Source: Eledone cirrhosa | Taxonomy: Eukaryota | Assembly: GCA_964016885.1 (NCBI GenBank) | Contig: OZ024740.1 | Location: forward strand, 381,548,001 to 381,612,000 | DNA: 64,000 nucleotides | Direction of reading: 5' to 3' | Shown here: in pieces, positions 41,653-54,623 of the stretch | How the letters are laid out: the number at the start of each line of letters is the position of its first letter | How positions within the stretch are numbered: the stretch's first letter is position 1 | Notes under the pieces: generated by a model | Seen by the model: only the letters and a program-made list of their open reading frames with translations | What the model was told of the DNA's origin: nothing | Database searches by the model: none | Translations under genes and position numbers: made by a program

Positions 41653-42463
41653 CAATAATAACAATAATAATAATAATAATGATTTCATTTATTGGCCACA
41701 AGGGCCGACATATAGGGGACAATACAAAAGACTGGGACAGTGGGGTTTTACAGAAAAATCGAGTAAACAATATGAATAAACAAAGTAACAATAACAAAGT
41801 AACAATAAAGTAACAAGAAAATTACAACAAGAAAACATTCCCCAATAGGGGGGATGACCACCTAGGGTTCGCTCAGGTACCCCACAAGTCCTGAACGACC
41901 CGACGCTTCGAGAGAACCCTGGAAGGGCACCCCTCTCCTCTTCAAATGTACCTACCTACAGCCGCATGACCAGAGTAGGCCCACTCACACGGACCATTCT
42001 CGCCACATTCACCCACCTTTCAGCAAATGTACTGGGGGGCAGCACTTCTCTCTCCACTCTCACCTTCCTTTCCAAGTGAAACTTGAAAAAGTTGATGAGG
42101 GATTGGCCGAAGAGAAAAGTGTCTGTCTTCAGTCCTTTCAACCTCGTCCACCATACAACCTCTTTCGCTACTGCCACCAGACAGAGGAACATTGCCTGCC
42201 CCTCCTGGCCAAAAGAAGGCAGCGGGTCGATCTTCACTATGGACTCGGCCGATAGCCGGATCCGTTCTACACGCGACAACAGCTGTTCAACATAACTCCA
42301 CAAGTCAGTAATGCACGGACATTGGACGAGTGCGTGCAGAACGGTTTCGTCGCTCTGCGCGCATCTCGGGCAGGTCCGTCTGACAGCACTTCCGTGCCTG
42401 TAGAGTTTATCTCAAACCAGTAGTGCCCCCCGGTAGCACTGCCAAGCGAGGGATTTTTGGAAA

Positions 42464-44023
42464 TTATCCATCGTCCCCGGCTCGAAAGTCCTCCGGTACA
42501 GACTGGTTAGTTCGACTTCGTTGACTCCCAGAGCCTCTCCGAGTGCGTCGTCGCACTTGCCCAACCACTAATCCTCTATAGAAATCGAGAGTTGACGTTC
42601 CACTGACCGCATTTCCCGCCTGGTAGAGGGCAACGAGTGCCTGGCAACATTCCAGATGCCAGTCACCCAGTCTCGGTCTCTTCTTGACCCAGGACTGCAA
42701 CTCAGTCAAAGAAACGAGCTGCGGGAAGGCCCGTCTGACAAACTGCGACCACACCTGTTCACCGTTTAGGCAGAATATCTGGAGATGTCGCAGCCTCAGC
42801 GCGTGCCTGCGCATAATTAGCCACGGCATGCCCAGCCCTCCACGTAGAGGGTGCTGGCAGCAGATGGACAGCCTCACCAGCGAAACCTGACCTCTCCACA
42901 AGAATTTGAAGAAGAGCCGCTCCAACATGGCGAGGCGCGAACGGGGACAAGGGACGACAGTCAGACGATAGTAGATGACGGACGCGATGTACGCGTTCGC
43001 CACCTCCGCCCGACCTTTCAGTGATAGCTTCATCCCAGCCCATTTCTGGGTGAGACTGACTACCCTGCCCGTCACCTCGTTCCAATTCTTATCCACCTGG
43101 TGGTCTGGCCCGAACCAAACCCCTAGCAACTTTACCGGTCCGTCCGTCCAGCGCCTAACGACGCTGTTGGACGGCTTGGACTTGCCTCTCCAGGTGCCGA
43201 GTTGCAAGCCCACTGACTTTTCCGGGTTAAGTTTTGCTCCCGTCAACCTTTCATATTCCTCCAATAAGTTGCCGACCACCTCGATTTCTGAGGTGTCCGA
43301 CACCATCACGGTGATGTCGTCCGCATAAGCCGACACAGCCTTTCCGCGTCCCGGTTCGAGCGGGATGCCCTGCAACAGCTCCAGCTTCCGCAGTAAAGGC
43401 TCGAGAGTCAATACGTACAGAAGGGAGGAGAGAGGGCACCTTTGACGGACCGATAGGGAGACCTGAAACGGTTCCGAGAGGTGGCCATTAATTTTGACCA
43501 TCGAGCAGGTGCCGCTGTGCATTGCAGCGATCCAGCTTCTGAAGACGGGGCCGAAGCCAGCCGCCTTGAGGACAGCCTCCAGATACCGATGGTCGACCCT
43601 ATCGAATGCTTTCGATTGATCTAAATTGATCAGAGACCCACCGAAGCCTGGTTTACACCCTACCCTCTCTATGATGTATCGCATTAGGTGAAGGTTGTCG
43701 TGTATGAACCTGGTTGGGATTGCGCAAGTTTGCGCCTCCCCAACCAAATCCCCTACGACAAGCGCCAACCTCTTCGCTAACACCCTGGCCAAAATCTTAA
43801 ACTCTGTGTTGAGCAGAATTATGGGCCTGAAATTGTCTAATGTGTCCCTCTTGTTCTCGTCTTTCCTTATCAGCGTCACTACGCCCCGGCTCACAGAACT
43901 GGGAATACTCCCGTTTTGCTGCCAGTTGCAGTAGAGCGCTTCGAGGAGATTGGAGAACAAGTCTGGCATATTTACGTAAAGCTCGTAGGGCAGACCATCC
44001 AAACCGGGTGACTTGCGCCTCAT
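42464..44023 (-). CDS. Tx1-type reverse transcriptase (fragment of disrupted ORF2)
   Basis: KSPGLDGL, NFRPIILLNTEFKILA, DQSKAFDRVDH, YADDIT, KLLGV. Confidence 0.9.
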   Translation of the reverse strand: MRRKSPGLDGLPYELYVNMPDLFSNLLEALYCNWQQNGSIPSSVSRGVVTLIRKDENKRDTLDNFRPIILLNTEFKILARVLAKRLALVVGDLVGEAQTCAIPTRFIHDNLHLMRYIIERVGCKPGFGGSLINLDQSKAFDRVDHRYLEAVLKAAGFGPVFRSWIAAMHSGTCSMVKINGHLSEPFQVSLSVRQRCPLSSLLYVLTLEPLLRKLELLQGIPLEPGRGKAVSAYADDITVMVSDTSEIEVVGNLLEEYERLTGAKLNPEKSVGLQLGTWRGKSKPSNSVVRRWTDGPVKLLGVWFGPDHQVDKNWNEVTGRVVSLTQKWAGMKLSLKGRAEVANAYIASVIYYRLTVVPCPRSRLAMLERLFFKFLWRGQVSLVRLSICCQHPLRGGLGMPWLIMRRHALRLRHLQIFCLNGEQVWSQFVRRAFPQLVSLTELQSWVKKRPRLGDWHLECCQALVALYQAGNAVSGTSTLDFYRGLVVGQVRRRTRRGSGSQRSRTNQSVPEDFRAGDDG

Positions 44024-44745
44024 GCAGCCTACAAGGGCATCCTGAATCTAGGCTGAAGTAATTGGCCTTTCGCAGCGCCCAGCGTCAGCCGTCGGGAGTT
44101 GCGGCAAGCCATCGAGGTAGGGACTGAAGTCCGCCACCATCTCTGACCCGCCACTTCCCCCGAACAACCGAGCAAAATGTTGGCGAAAGGCCTCACACAT
44201 CCTCTTGGAATCGCTCAGCTCGAGCCCGTCTCGGTCCATCAAAGACCGAATCGTGGTTTGATTACCATGCTGCGCCTCTGCCACGCGGGCCCATCGAACA
44301 GCTTTGGTTCCCTCGTTTCTCAGAGCACGCACTTTAGCTCTGACAATGCAACCTTCGTGTTTCGCATTGAAGAAATGGTCTAATGCCATTCTCGCCGCTA
44401 GCACGTCAGTTGCAATGCCACTACCAATAGCCTCGTCTAACTTATCTACCAACTCTCCCTCCTTTCTATTTTTCTCTAATGCTACTTCTTTGCTAAACTC
44501 TATCGACATTACTCTAATCTCTCTTTTGCGAGCCCCCCACCATCTATTGTTGACGACTCCCCCTGTCAACTTTTTCTTAACTAAATTGTTGACCTGGTCC
44601 CTGTAAGCCTTACGTGCCGCCGGAAATGACATGTTTAGCTTCCAGTAACCAGGTCCTAACCTACGCGTCTTATCTAGGTCGACCATACAGATCACAAACT
44701 TGTGATCTGAATAGGCGACCGTTTCAAAACGTGGACAGCTTACAC

Positions 44746-45399
44746 TTATCTGTCTATTTTCCTAATGAATATCCTGTCTATATACGATCTAGATGACCCT
44801 ATGCGGTTAGTCCAGGTCCACACTGGCGCATTAGGGAAATCTAGTCGGTACCTGTCAGACAGTTGGAACTGGCTGATCAGGTTCTTAAGGCTTTTGCACC
44901 CCCCGCTCGGATACTCCCACACAGTCCCAGCGGATACTCCCACACAGTCCCAGCGTGCGTCTAAGATGCTGATCCAGTCCCCCGCAAACAGTAAAGGGCG
45001 AGACGTACCCAGAAAGGCTTCCAGGCGTCTAAAGAAGTCCGACCGTCCTGCCCCAGTAGGAGCATAGACAGCCACCAGTCTAAAGGCACCACCTTCATTA
45101 TTGTTCACGTCCAGGACCACCAACTTCCCGTCCGGGTCCCGGAAGATCGACCTTACCTCGAGATTGAGGCCTTTCCTAAACAGCACTGCCACCCCGCCTC
45201 CCATTCCCGGCTGGCTAACAGATGCAAAGATCTGATAGTCGTCGAAAATGGGGGCTAGTGCGCGCGTGTCGGAAATCCTGGTCTCGCTGACTGCAATTAC
45301 ATCCATTTCTATAGACCTGAGGTCGTTGAGCAGGTGACCCTGCTTCCAGGACGATCCCAGGCCTCGAACATTTAAACATCCTACTCTTAATACGGCCAT
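44746..45399 (-). CDS. AP-like endonuclease (ORF2 N-terminus, frameshifted)
   Basis: APE motifs NVRGL, SET, VYAP, GDW, IDRIF. Confidence 0.9.
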   Translation of the reverse strand: MAVLRVGCLNVRGLGSSWKQGHLLNDLRSIEMDVIAVSETRISDTRALAPIFDDYQIFASVSQPGMGGGVAVLFRKGLNLEVRSIFRDPDGKLVVLDVNNNEGGAFRLVAVYAPTGAGRSDFFRRLEAFLGTSRPLLFAGDWISILDARWDCVGVSAGTVWEYPSGGCKSLKNLISQFQLSDRYRLDFPNAPVWTWTNRIGSSRSYIDRIFIRKIDR

Positions 45400-47594
45400 G
45401 TTGGCAGGTTAAACAGAGAGAGAGGAAGGTTTACTTACCTTCCGGGCTCTTGTGAAGGTCGGGTTGTTCGACCTCCATAGTTAGTGGGGTTTCGTTTGGG
45501 AACCCCTTTAAAAGTCTTGTAGTGGGTTTTACGTTCGGGGTTCCCACGTCCCGAGGAAAGCTGTCTCGTATTTCTTTGAATATGTCGAGCGACATTCGCA
45601 CCAGAACCAAATCTTCCGGCACGCGAAACGTGCTCGATTTAAACATTTCCCCCTCTTTTTGTATATATTCACTTCGTGCTACGAGGGCCATCAGTTCCTT
45701 GTTGGCCCTCCTGACGAGCACGAAGTTTTGTATGTTTTGTTGGTGTGATTTTATTTGTTTGCGTGGCTGTGGTGTTGTTTCGGTTGTATCTGTGTTTGTT
45801 GTGAGTGCGATGTCTGTGGTTTCAGATGTTTGTGTGTATATTTGTTCTTGCGTCTGTTTCGGTTGTTTTCGTTTGGGGGATTCTGGTGATGGTGATGGTG
45901 GTGTTGATGTTGGTGTTATTGGAGAGATGTTTGCGTGGGTGGTGTCTGCATTTTTTATTGTGGGTGCTTTTGTGCTTTGTTGAGTTTTTTTCTCTTTTTG
46001 TGTTTCCTTTTTTGTATTTTGGGGGATTTTGGATTTCCCTCATCTTCACTACTGGTAGATGAGGGGTCTGTGTCTGTAAGTGTGTTTGTATGTATCTTTA
46101 AGGTTTTATTGGTGTGTGTATTTTTGGGGGGAGGGGGAACTTGACAGCTTTCCTCGTTTCCTCCCTGGGTGGTCAATGTTGGTGGTGTTTTTTCTATTGT
46201 TGTTGTTGTTGGTGGTTTTGCCGGTGCAGGTGTTGGTTGTGGTCCTCGCCCCCGGCGTCGGCAGCAGTGGAGCCTTTCGACCCCTTGCCTCTTTCAGCAG
46301 TTGAGGGCAGAAGGCTCGCAAATGGGTTTTTTTCCCCACAAACAAAACACTGCGGCCTTCTGCCTTCGGTCATAATGTGAATGACAGTCCCATTCTGAAG
46401 TCGGATATGGTCTGGGATTGTCTTCACATTCTCGGGCCTGATCTGGTCACTTTTATAGGGACTGTATCCTCTCTGGCCGCTCTGGTCACTTTTATAGGGA
46501 CTGTATCCCTCCCCTCCACAATCACACATCCCAGAAGCCACCACATGTCAAGTCCTGGTGGGATTCTGGGAATGCGGAGACGGGCCGTTCTTTTTCCCAT
46601 GTGGGAGGGGTACATTATGAACTTGCTGGTTTTGCAAGGAGTCATGGCGTGTTTCATTGCGAGGGCTTCTGACTTGAACAACACCGAAATGGTGCCGTAC
46701 TGCCTGCCCCTCTCTATGTACTGGGTGTCTTCTTTGATGCACCTCAGCACGACTTCGATATCTTCTTGTGGGATTAACGCTGCCTTTTGGTCTGTGCTGA
46801 GATGCATCTATAATGCACCGTTTTGCGCCCCACTGCCTCAATAGCTTCTACCGGGACAGTTAAGTTGGCCCAAGTTTGCTCTTGCTTGATGAGCTTCCAT
46901 GCCTGGGCCAACTTTTCATCTTTGTTTGAGAGGTCCATGTTTAAGCATGGCCTCTTTTTTGCTGCTGCCGCAGTGAAAGTGGTCTTATTTTCGTTGGGGG
47001 TGTTGTTGACGTTGTTCTTGTTGGTGTTGTTGTTAGCACTGTCGCTGTTATCATTGTTGTCTTTGTTGCCGCCGTTGTTCTCGGTGCAGTTGGTATTGTT
47101 GCTGTTGGTGTTGTCGCTATTTGTTTTCATGTTAGTGGTGTTGATATTGTTGTTGTATTTGTTATTTTTTTTGTTATCTGTATTTTCGTTGTCGCTGTTA
47201 CTGTCATTTTTTTCAAAATTAGAGTTCTTATTTGTATCATTGGTATCTTTGTTTACCTTGTTTGTGTTGGTGTTTGTGTTATCAATGTGTGTTAATTTCG
47301 CTGTAGCGCTCCTCTCAACTTCTACGTCATTGTCGCACGACAGCCGACATATCGCTGGGGGGGGGGGGGGGGGCGTGGCTCAGCCATGTTTTTTTTTCTT
47401 CGTAAATTTTTTAACATGTAAAAAAAAAAGTTCAAATATTTGGGCCAAAGGGCCCAAATATTATACTTCCCCTTCACGGGCCAAAGTCTAAGGGCTTATA
47501 TCCCTTACACAACAAGAAATATTTAACAAAAAATAATTTAAACAGGCAAATAAAGCGACTTACTGTGAGCGAGCAAAATACGTCCGCTTAGATC

Positions 47595-47631
<37 letters not shown>

Positions 47632-47634
<3 letters not shown>

Positions 47635-48030
47635 GTTCTTTGAGACTCAGTCATTGATGTTATTTAACTGGAATGTTTGTTGAAATGAATATCAAGCCAG
47701 TACCTGCAGCCTCAGGCATTCAAGGCGTCTCGGAGGGTCCTTGCTGTTTCAAGCAAGCATGCATTTTGAAGTGTTCCAAAAAAAGGGGCTGGACTAATCT
47801 CCTTTAACCATCCTTGGAAACTCTTTGAGATAGTACCTAGTGTCGCTATGACAATCGGGACGACCTTGATCTCATGGCAGTTCCATATCCCTTTTAACTC
47901 CCACTTTAAATCCTGGTGTTGGTTAATTTTATCCCTCTCCTTTTCTTGCAATCTCGTGTCAAATGGGCAGGCTACATCTACAACCAGGCACGATCTTTTT
48001 TCCTTGTTCAAAACCACCAGGTCAGGGCTC
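47632..48030 (-). mobile_element. R4/Dong-like LINE 3' fragment (restriction-like endonuclease)
   Basis: PDLVVLNKEKRSCLVVDVACPFD..KERDKINQHQDLKWEL..VVPIVIATLG..LQNACLLETARTLR; (ATT)n tail. Confidence 0.85.
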
Positions 48031-48235
48031 TCAAAGAGTTTCCAAGATGGTTAAAGAAGATTAGTCCAGCCCCGTTTTTTGCAACACTTCAAAAGGCATG
48101 CTTGCTAGGGACAGCAACAACACACCGATACATCCTGAATGTCTTAGTCTGCAGGTAGTGGCTTGATATTCATTTAAACAAGCTTTCCAGTTAATTAACA
48201 TGAATGACTGAGACTCAAAGAACAATAATAATAAC
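48030..48235 (+). mobile_element. Second, shorter R4/Dong-like 3' fragment in inverted orientation
   Basis: Diverged reverse complement of 47635-47830; LQKACLLGTA; (AAT)n tail. Confidence 0.85.
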
Positions 48236-48296
48236 AACAACAACAACAACAGCAGCAACAATATCAACAACAATAATAGTAATAATAATGATAATA

Positions 48297-48570
48297 ATTG
48301 TTTCTACTTTTGGCACAAGTACTCTATGCGTCAAATCATGGCGTCCGACTCTCTTCCGATACTGCCAATTCACCATGATAATAATTGTTTCTACTTTTGG
48401 CACAAGGCCAGCAATTATCCCAGTGTATTACTGGTACTTTATTTTATCGACCCCGTAAGGATGAAAGGCAAAGTTACCCTCGGCGGGATTTGAACTCAGA
48501 TCGTAAAGGGACGTAACTATGCTGGAAATCATGGCGTCCGACCCTCTACCGATACTGCCAATCCACCAAA
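48297..48570 (-). mobile_element. Two SINE copies (one internally deleted, one full)
   Basis: Family match. Confidence 0.85.
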
Positions 48571-48850
48571 CTGTAATAACATTCTTAACAGTAATGCTAT
48601 GATATACATGATGATGTTGATTGTAGTCATGTTTATCATTGTCATCGTTGGCGCCATCAACATTATCATAGCCCTCACCGTCATAATCATGATCATCATT
48701 TTCGTCATCTCTACCAGCACCAACCTCATCGTAATCACCATCATCACCATCATCCTCATCATCATCATCCTCATCAACATCATCATCATCATCATCATAA
48801 TCATCGTCACAATCATAATCATCATTACCATTATTATCATTATCATTAAC

Positions 48851-49356
48851 CCCCCCGATTTCCTTTGGCCAGGAAGAGCAGGCAATTTTCCTGTCTGGTG
48901 GCCGTTGCGAAAGAGGTTATATGGTGGACCAGATTGAAAGGACTGAAGACAGACACTTTTCTCTTCGGCCAATCCCTCATCAACTTCTTCAAGTTTCACC
49001 TGGAAAGGAAGGTGAGGGTGGAGAGAGAAGTGCTGCCCCCCCCCCCCCCCCCAGTACATTTGCTAAAAGGTGGATAAATGTGGCGAGAATGGCCCGAGTG
49101 AATGGGCCTACTCTGACCATGCGCCTATAGGCTAGCTAATTTTAGGAGGAGAGGGGTGCTCTCCCCGGGTGACCTAGAAGCGCAAGGTGGTTCAGGATTG
49201 TTATATTTATGCATAATTTATTTTATATTTTTTTTATCTTCATTGTTAAATTAGTCTTGCCATTGTGCACTTTTACTCGAGCTTATTGTAAAGCCCCACT
49301 GTCCCTGTCTTTGTATTGTCATTACATGTCGGCCCTTGTGGCCAATACATGAAATC
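48851..49356 (+). mobile_element. Tx1 LINE B-family 3' fragment with TSD
   Basis: CLVAVAKEVIWWTRLKGLKTDTFLFGQ; same 3' end as 41685; TSD attatcattatcattaac. Confidence 0.9.
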
Positions 49357-49963
49357 ATTATCATTATCATTAACTTCATCAACCATACCAACAGCAATAA
49401 CAGACGCATCAGAATAAGTAGCACAGAAAGAAGACAAGAACCATCAGCAAATAAAAGGCACCAAAACTAATGGCGTCAGCGTCTATTATATACATGTTTA
49501 TAACTAGATAAATAAGTGCAGCCGAAACAAGATAAATGAATGAAAATCCACCTCCTACCATAACTCGTCCTGTTTTCCTTCTCCCTATCATCCCCATAAC
49601 TGTCACATCCCCATCACCAATATCCTCATAAATAATAACTGGAAGTTTGAATGAAAGATAACCGAAATATGAAAGACCCCAAACAACATATAATAATTCA
49701 AAACTTGAAAACAAACACTGTTTCATTGACTATCTCTCATGCATACATACATAATATATATTATACAATCATACACACTCACCCCCTCCCCCATATATAT
49801 ATATATATATAAATATATACAGATATATACTCATACACATACATATATTTGTATATGTGTATGTTTGTGTGTGTGAGAATGTATGAATGGGTATACGCGT
49901 TTGCAAGTACATCCTTTTTTATTGATACTGTGTACAAACTCACGCGCGGACACCCACTTAACA

Positions 49964-50014
<51 letters not shown>

Positions 50015-52097
50015 GTACACACAAACACTCACACACACACACGTACACACACACAAAAACAACATATATGAAGCAATGTTCTGGAGTAATTTAAAAAGAA
50101 TTAAAAACAGAAACGAAATACCACAAAAAAGCTTTATCAATAAATCCAATTATATCCTATGTTGTCAAATAGACGAAAATATAAAGCATTCCTAAATCTA
50201 AAATTGTGAAGATTATTGATGTATGGTGGCCTATAATAGTGCTGCATTCACTTGTGTATAGAGTCTAAATGCTTCTTGAATAAATTCAGGAAATTTGAAT
50301 ATAGTTGACTGATATGCAAATTGTGATCCTTTATATTTGTTATAACAAGATTGAGTTTGACATTACTCTTCACTAATAAACGAATAAATAAATATATAGA
50401 AGAACGAATGAATAAGTAAATAAATAGCTAGATAAATAAATCAAGATTCTATCAAAAACATCTAAATCACACAGTATTAAATAATTGACATCAACAATTT
50501 GGAATATATATAAATGTATTGCTAGAGAAAGTCTATATGTACATAGATTCGAACAACAGGGATGTCATCATTGCACCATAATGTTGAAATGAATTTCTTG
50601 GGTGCAGAATTTACATCTAGGATTTCATCGTCGGATGTTACGATCTACATCTGCGTAAATTTAGCCGGCCTGCTACGTTGTTGCATATAAAAAAAAAAAG
50701 GAATTTGCCTTTAAGTTTTTTAATAGACGTCCCAATTATATTAAATGGGCATTTTCCGGTGACATGAACGTACAGAACCGGAATGTATACTGGAAATTGC
50801 TCTAACAAATCCCATGCTGAATCAATTCCGTCAGTCAATCGCAGGGGAACGAAGTGATTCGGAACAAACTTCGTAATCCGATGTCTAAACCATCTTAGCA
50901 ATAAGTCACATTAGTATTACTATTAAGGAATTAGTCAATAGAACATTGAGAATGCATGCATTAGGATTGCATAACCATGATAGTTTCCATGGTAACAAAC
51001 CGTTGGTATCTGTAAATAAATACGAACATAAATCCTAATTTCTTTACATCGGGATGGATTCAATCGACTATAAACTTTAATCCAAATTTGTGGGTTTTTT
51101 TATTGAACTTATAAATCATTATATATTTTATTCGATTAGCTTTATAGTAAAATATTGAAACCACACGGTCACCTCCAACGAGAAAACCTTTACTTTAATA
51201 AAAGCTTGGAAGGATTGGTTGGACATTACTAAATCGAACTAAATTTTAATTTGCAGCATCACCATTTCGGTCTGTTTGGCATCGAATAACCCACATCAAC
51301 TATATTAATAATTGTTTAACGAACCAACAAAAGTACCACTCTGCGGTCTCATAACCAGATAGAAATTGTAACCAAATCTATCTCAAATCATACACTATAC
51401 TGTCATAAAAGAACAAAACCGTTAGATACATTATGTCTAAAAATAGCAAGACAAGAGTGTTACGAGGGTGAAATGAATTTGAACATAATTTTACTGGATC
51501 GCGACTGACTTGTATCTAAACAATGACATCGACGTTGTTTTATCAAGTATTTAGTTAGTTAAATTGTGACTCTGATGAGTCGTTACGTGTTTTGATGTCA
51601 ACTGCCGTAGCATATTACTAATTACGCGAATTATATCTGGAAATGTAATTGGAACACTTAACTGGATTTAGAGATTCGCTCTAACTAGTTTAGTTCCAAT
51701 AAAATCATTTAGCCCTTTTAACATTCTACATTGCTCCGGTATGAAAAGCTGTTTTGTACAATATTAAAATAAATCCATAATATAATCCTGGGATCAACCG
51801 TTGAATGTAACATCCATCAGAAAATAAATACCCACATCCTTCTGTTAACGAAGTGGGACATAGTCAATAACTACTCATACTTAACACAGCATAGGATCTA
51901 ACTGAAATAACCGGTCTAATTTACCTAATATATAATTAAAATTAATTTGTTCGACATAAGACAAAAATTGAACAGAAGTTTACAAACGTCGAACAGTTAT
52001 ATGCCTTATACTGTATTATAATTACTGTATTATAAAGTTTACAAACGTCAAACAGTTATAAGCCTCATACTGTATTATAATTACTGTATTATAATTA

Positions 52098-52135
52098 CTA
52101 GCAGAAAAACTACCCTTCGGGTGGTTTTCTGCTAG
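52098..52135. repeat. Palindromic hairpin with CTAG at both ends (Helitron 3'-end-like)
   Basis: ctagcagaaaaactaccc-ttc-gggtggttttctgctag; preceded by a ~60-bp tandem duplication (51976-52095). Confidence 0.6.
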
Positions 52136-52499
52136 CATGTGTACTGTGTATATTGGTATTATACGCAAGTATATATACATGTAGATATGATACATCAAAT
52201 AAAATCGTAATTGACAATATACACAGAAATTGAACGAAGACTGTGTTACACTATTTTATGTAATCAGTACCGTAATCCATGATACATTAAAAAAAAGACG
52301 ATATTATATATAAACTGCATTAGGAGAAAATTAGTGACAGAAAATGAATATGTTTATTTAAGCGATCTCCACCGGAAGTGTTGACATTTGAACATTTTAA
52401 AGAAGTAAATCTTTAAATAAACAATAAAATATATTTAATGAACAGCCACGAAACTTAGAAGATAAATTATCTAATATTCATTCATTATTTATTCAAAGT

Positions 52500-52700
52500 A
52501 GATTGGCAGGTGGATTGGCAGTATCGGTAGAGGGTTGGACGCCATGCTTTGACGCATAAAGTTACGGCCCTTGCCATTCTGAGTTCAAATCCCGCCGAGG
52601 TTAACTTTGCCTTTCATCCTTACGGGGTCGACAAAATAAAGTACCAGTAATACACTGGGATAATTGCTGGCCTTGTGTCAAAAGTAGAAACAATTATTTA
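52500..52700 (+). mobile_element. SINE, full length
   Basis: Family match; TSD attatt(t)tattcaaagta. Confidence 0.9.
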
Positions 52701-52792
52701 TTCAAAGTAATCCAACTTATTTTACTAATCGGATAAAAAATTATAAACCGTACACAGTCCCGCGCTTATTACTTTATTATAGTTTAGATATC

Positions 52793-52965
52793 TAAAGGGC
52801 CGTAATTCTATGCTGCAAAGCATAGAATTACGGCCCTTTACGGTCTGAGTTCAAATCCAACCGAGGTTAACTTTGCCTTTCATCCTTATGGGTTCGATAA
52901 AATAAAGTACCAGTAATGCACTGGAATAATTGCTGGTCTTGTGCCAAAAGCAGAGACAATTATTT
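52793..52965 (+). mobile_element. SINE with inverted 5' end
   Basis: Hairpin taaagggccgtaattctatgct-gcaa-agcatagaattacggcccttta, then SINE body. Confidence 0.85.
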
Positions 52966-54129
52966 TATTCTTATAGTGTTTACAGTCATTATGTGTGTGT
53001 GTGTGTATGTGTGTCTAGGTGTGTGTCTTAGTGTGTTTATCTGGGCAAACAGATTGCACAAATCCATACATATTCTCATAAATGTGTACGAGAAGGCATG
53101 CGCTCATGCCCAGAAAATGAATATATATATATATTATCGCTTAATCAATATATTCATCCGTATTTCATGTAAAGAAATGATAAACAAAAACAGAACAAAT
53201 ATAAATGAAATTATTTCTGGTATCATTGTTTGGTGTCCCGATTGTAGACGAACATTTCAAATATTCAAGTGTTGGGGAAAAGCTATTACGTTGCTATATC
53301 AGTCGAAATCAATGCTAATTATACCGATGGGATTATTTTATTAAATTATATTTCAGTCCTTTGAACTTAAGCAATTTAAATGGGTACCACTGTCAAATAC
53401 TCTGTAATCGTATATAGTTTCTATCTTTTGGCTGCTATCATCCTAAATACATTTGAGAATATCAACTTCAAATTATATTTGTGAAGATTAAAAAATCTAA
53501 TATTAGTAATCTCGTTTGATATATTTTGTTTCGAGTGTTATCAACACAGGCCTTAACATTTTAAATTTGCAAAATATGTACAGCCAATTCATTATGGAGT
53601 TGTAAGAACATCCAATTGACTTCTTGATCTTATTTTTTCTGGACCCTCGAGATTTGAGTTCAAATCGCGTCCAGGTAAAATTTGCATTTCAGAATCGTTA
53701 AATATAATAACAATCATGCTCTCTCTCTCTCTCACTCTCTCTCCTCTCTCTCTCCCCCTCTCTGTCTCTCCCTCATCTTTCTCTGTTTCACAGGAAGAAA
53801 TCGGCTGTATTCAAGACTGGAAAGTGATAGGCTCTGCTCAGTTCAAATGTCAGGTTTCACGCTGCTTGTAATGATAGCGCCACTACAACTCCAACAGGAG
53901 TAAATGGCCTAAGAGGAGAATTTATTATTGTTAAAATATGAAGTCTAGGCACTAAAACCTATTTATACATTGCTATATAAGACGGTAAAATGACAGATTT
54001 GCTAGAATGTCTGGTCGTATTCGCCCCGTCTTCCTGTGATTTGAGACTAAATTCAGCTGAGGTCAACTTTGACTTTGGAGCAATCGGTGTTGATAAATAA
54101 AGTAGAAACGCAATACTGAGGTAAATTCT

Positions 54130-54385
<256 letters not shown>

Positions 54386-54623
54386 TGAAAGAAACGATAG
54401 AGACCGTTAAAGGAATAGGCTACGGCAGGTTTAACATAAACAAGACAAGCTGTCACGATGAGACATGCACACCGCTTTCAGGAGTTGTGAGCTTGAAGGT
54501 TATACTCCACGCAGTTCAATGAACGACTGATCCAGCCATTTTCATATAATTAAAGATACAATATTCACTGTGAATTTGAGGGATGGATATAATTACTTAT
54601 ACCGAATTCGGTACTTGCTCGAT

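Larger units (their letters stand above)
41685..47595 (-). mobile_element. Tx1/L1-clade LINE B, near full length, with several frameshifts and stops
   Basis: ORF1 pieces 47130-45431 with CFVCGEK(T)HLRAFC knuckle; APE 44746-45399 (CLNVRGL, VSETR, VYAP, AGDW, YIDRIF, SDH); RT 42464-44023 (LDQSKAFDRV, YADD); C-terminal CPRC; (ATT)n tail. Confidence 0.95.
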
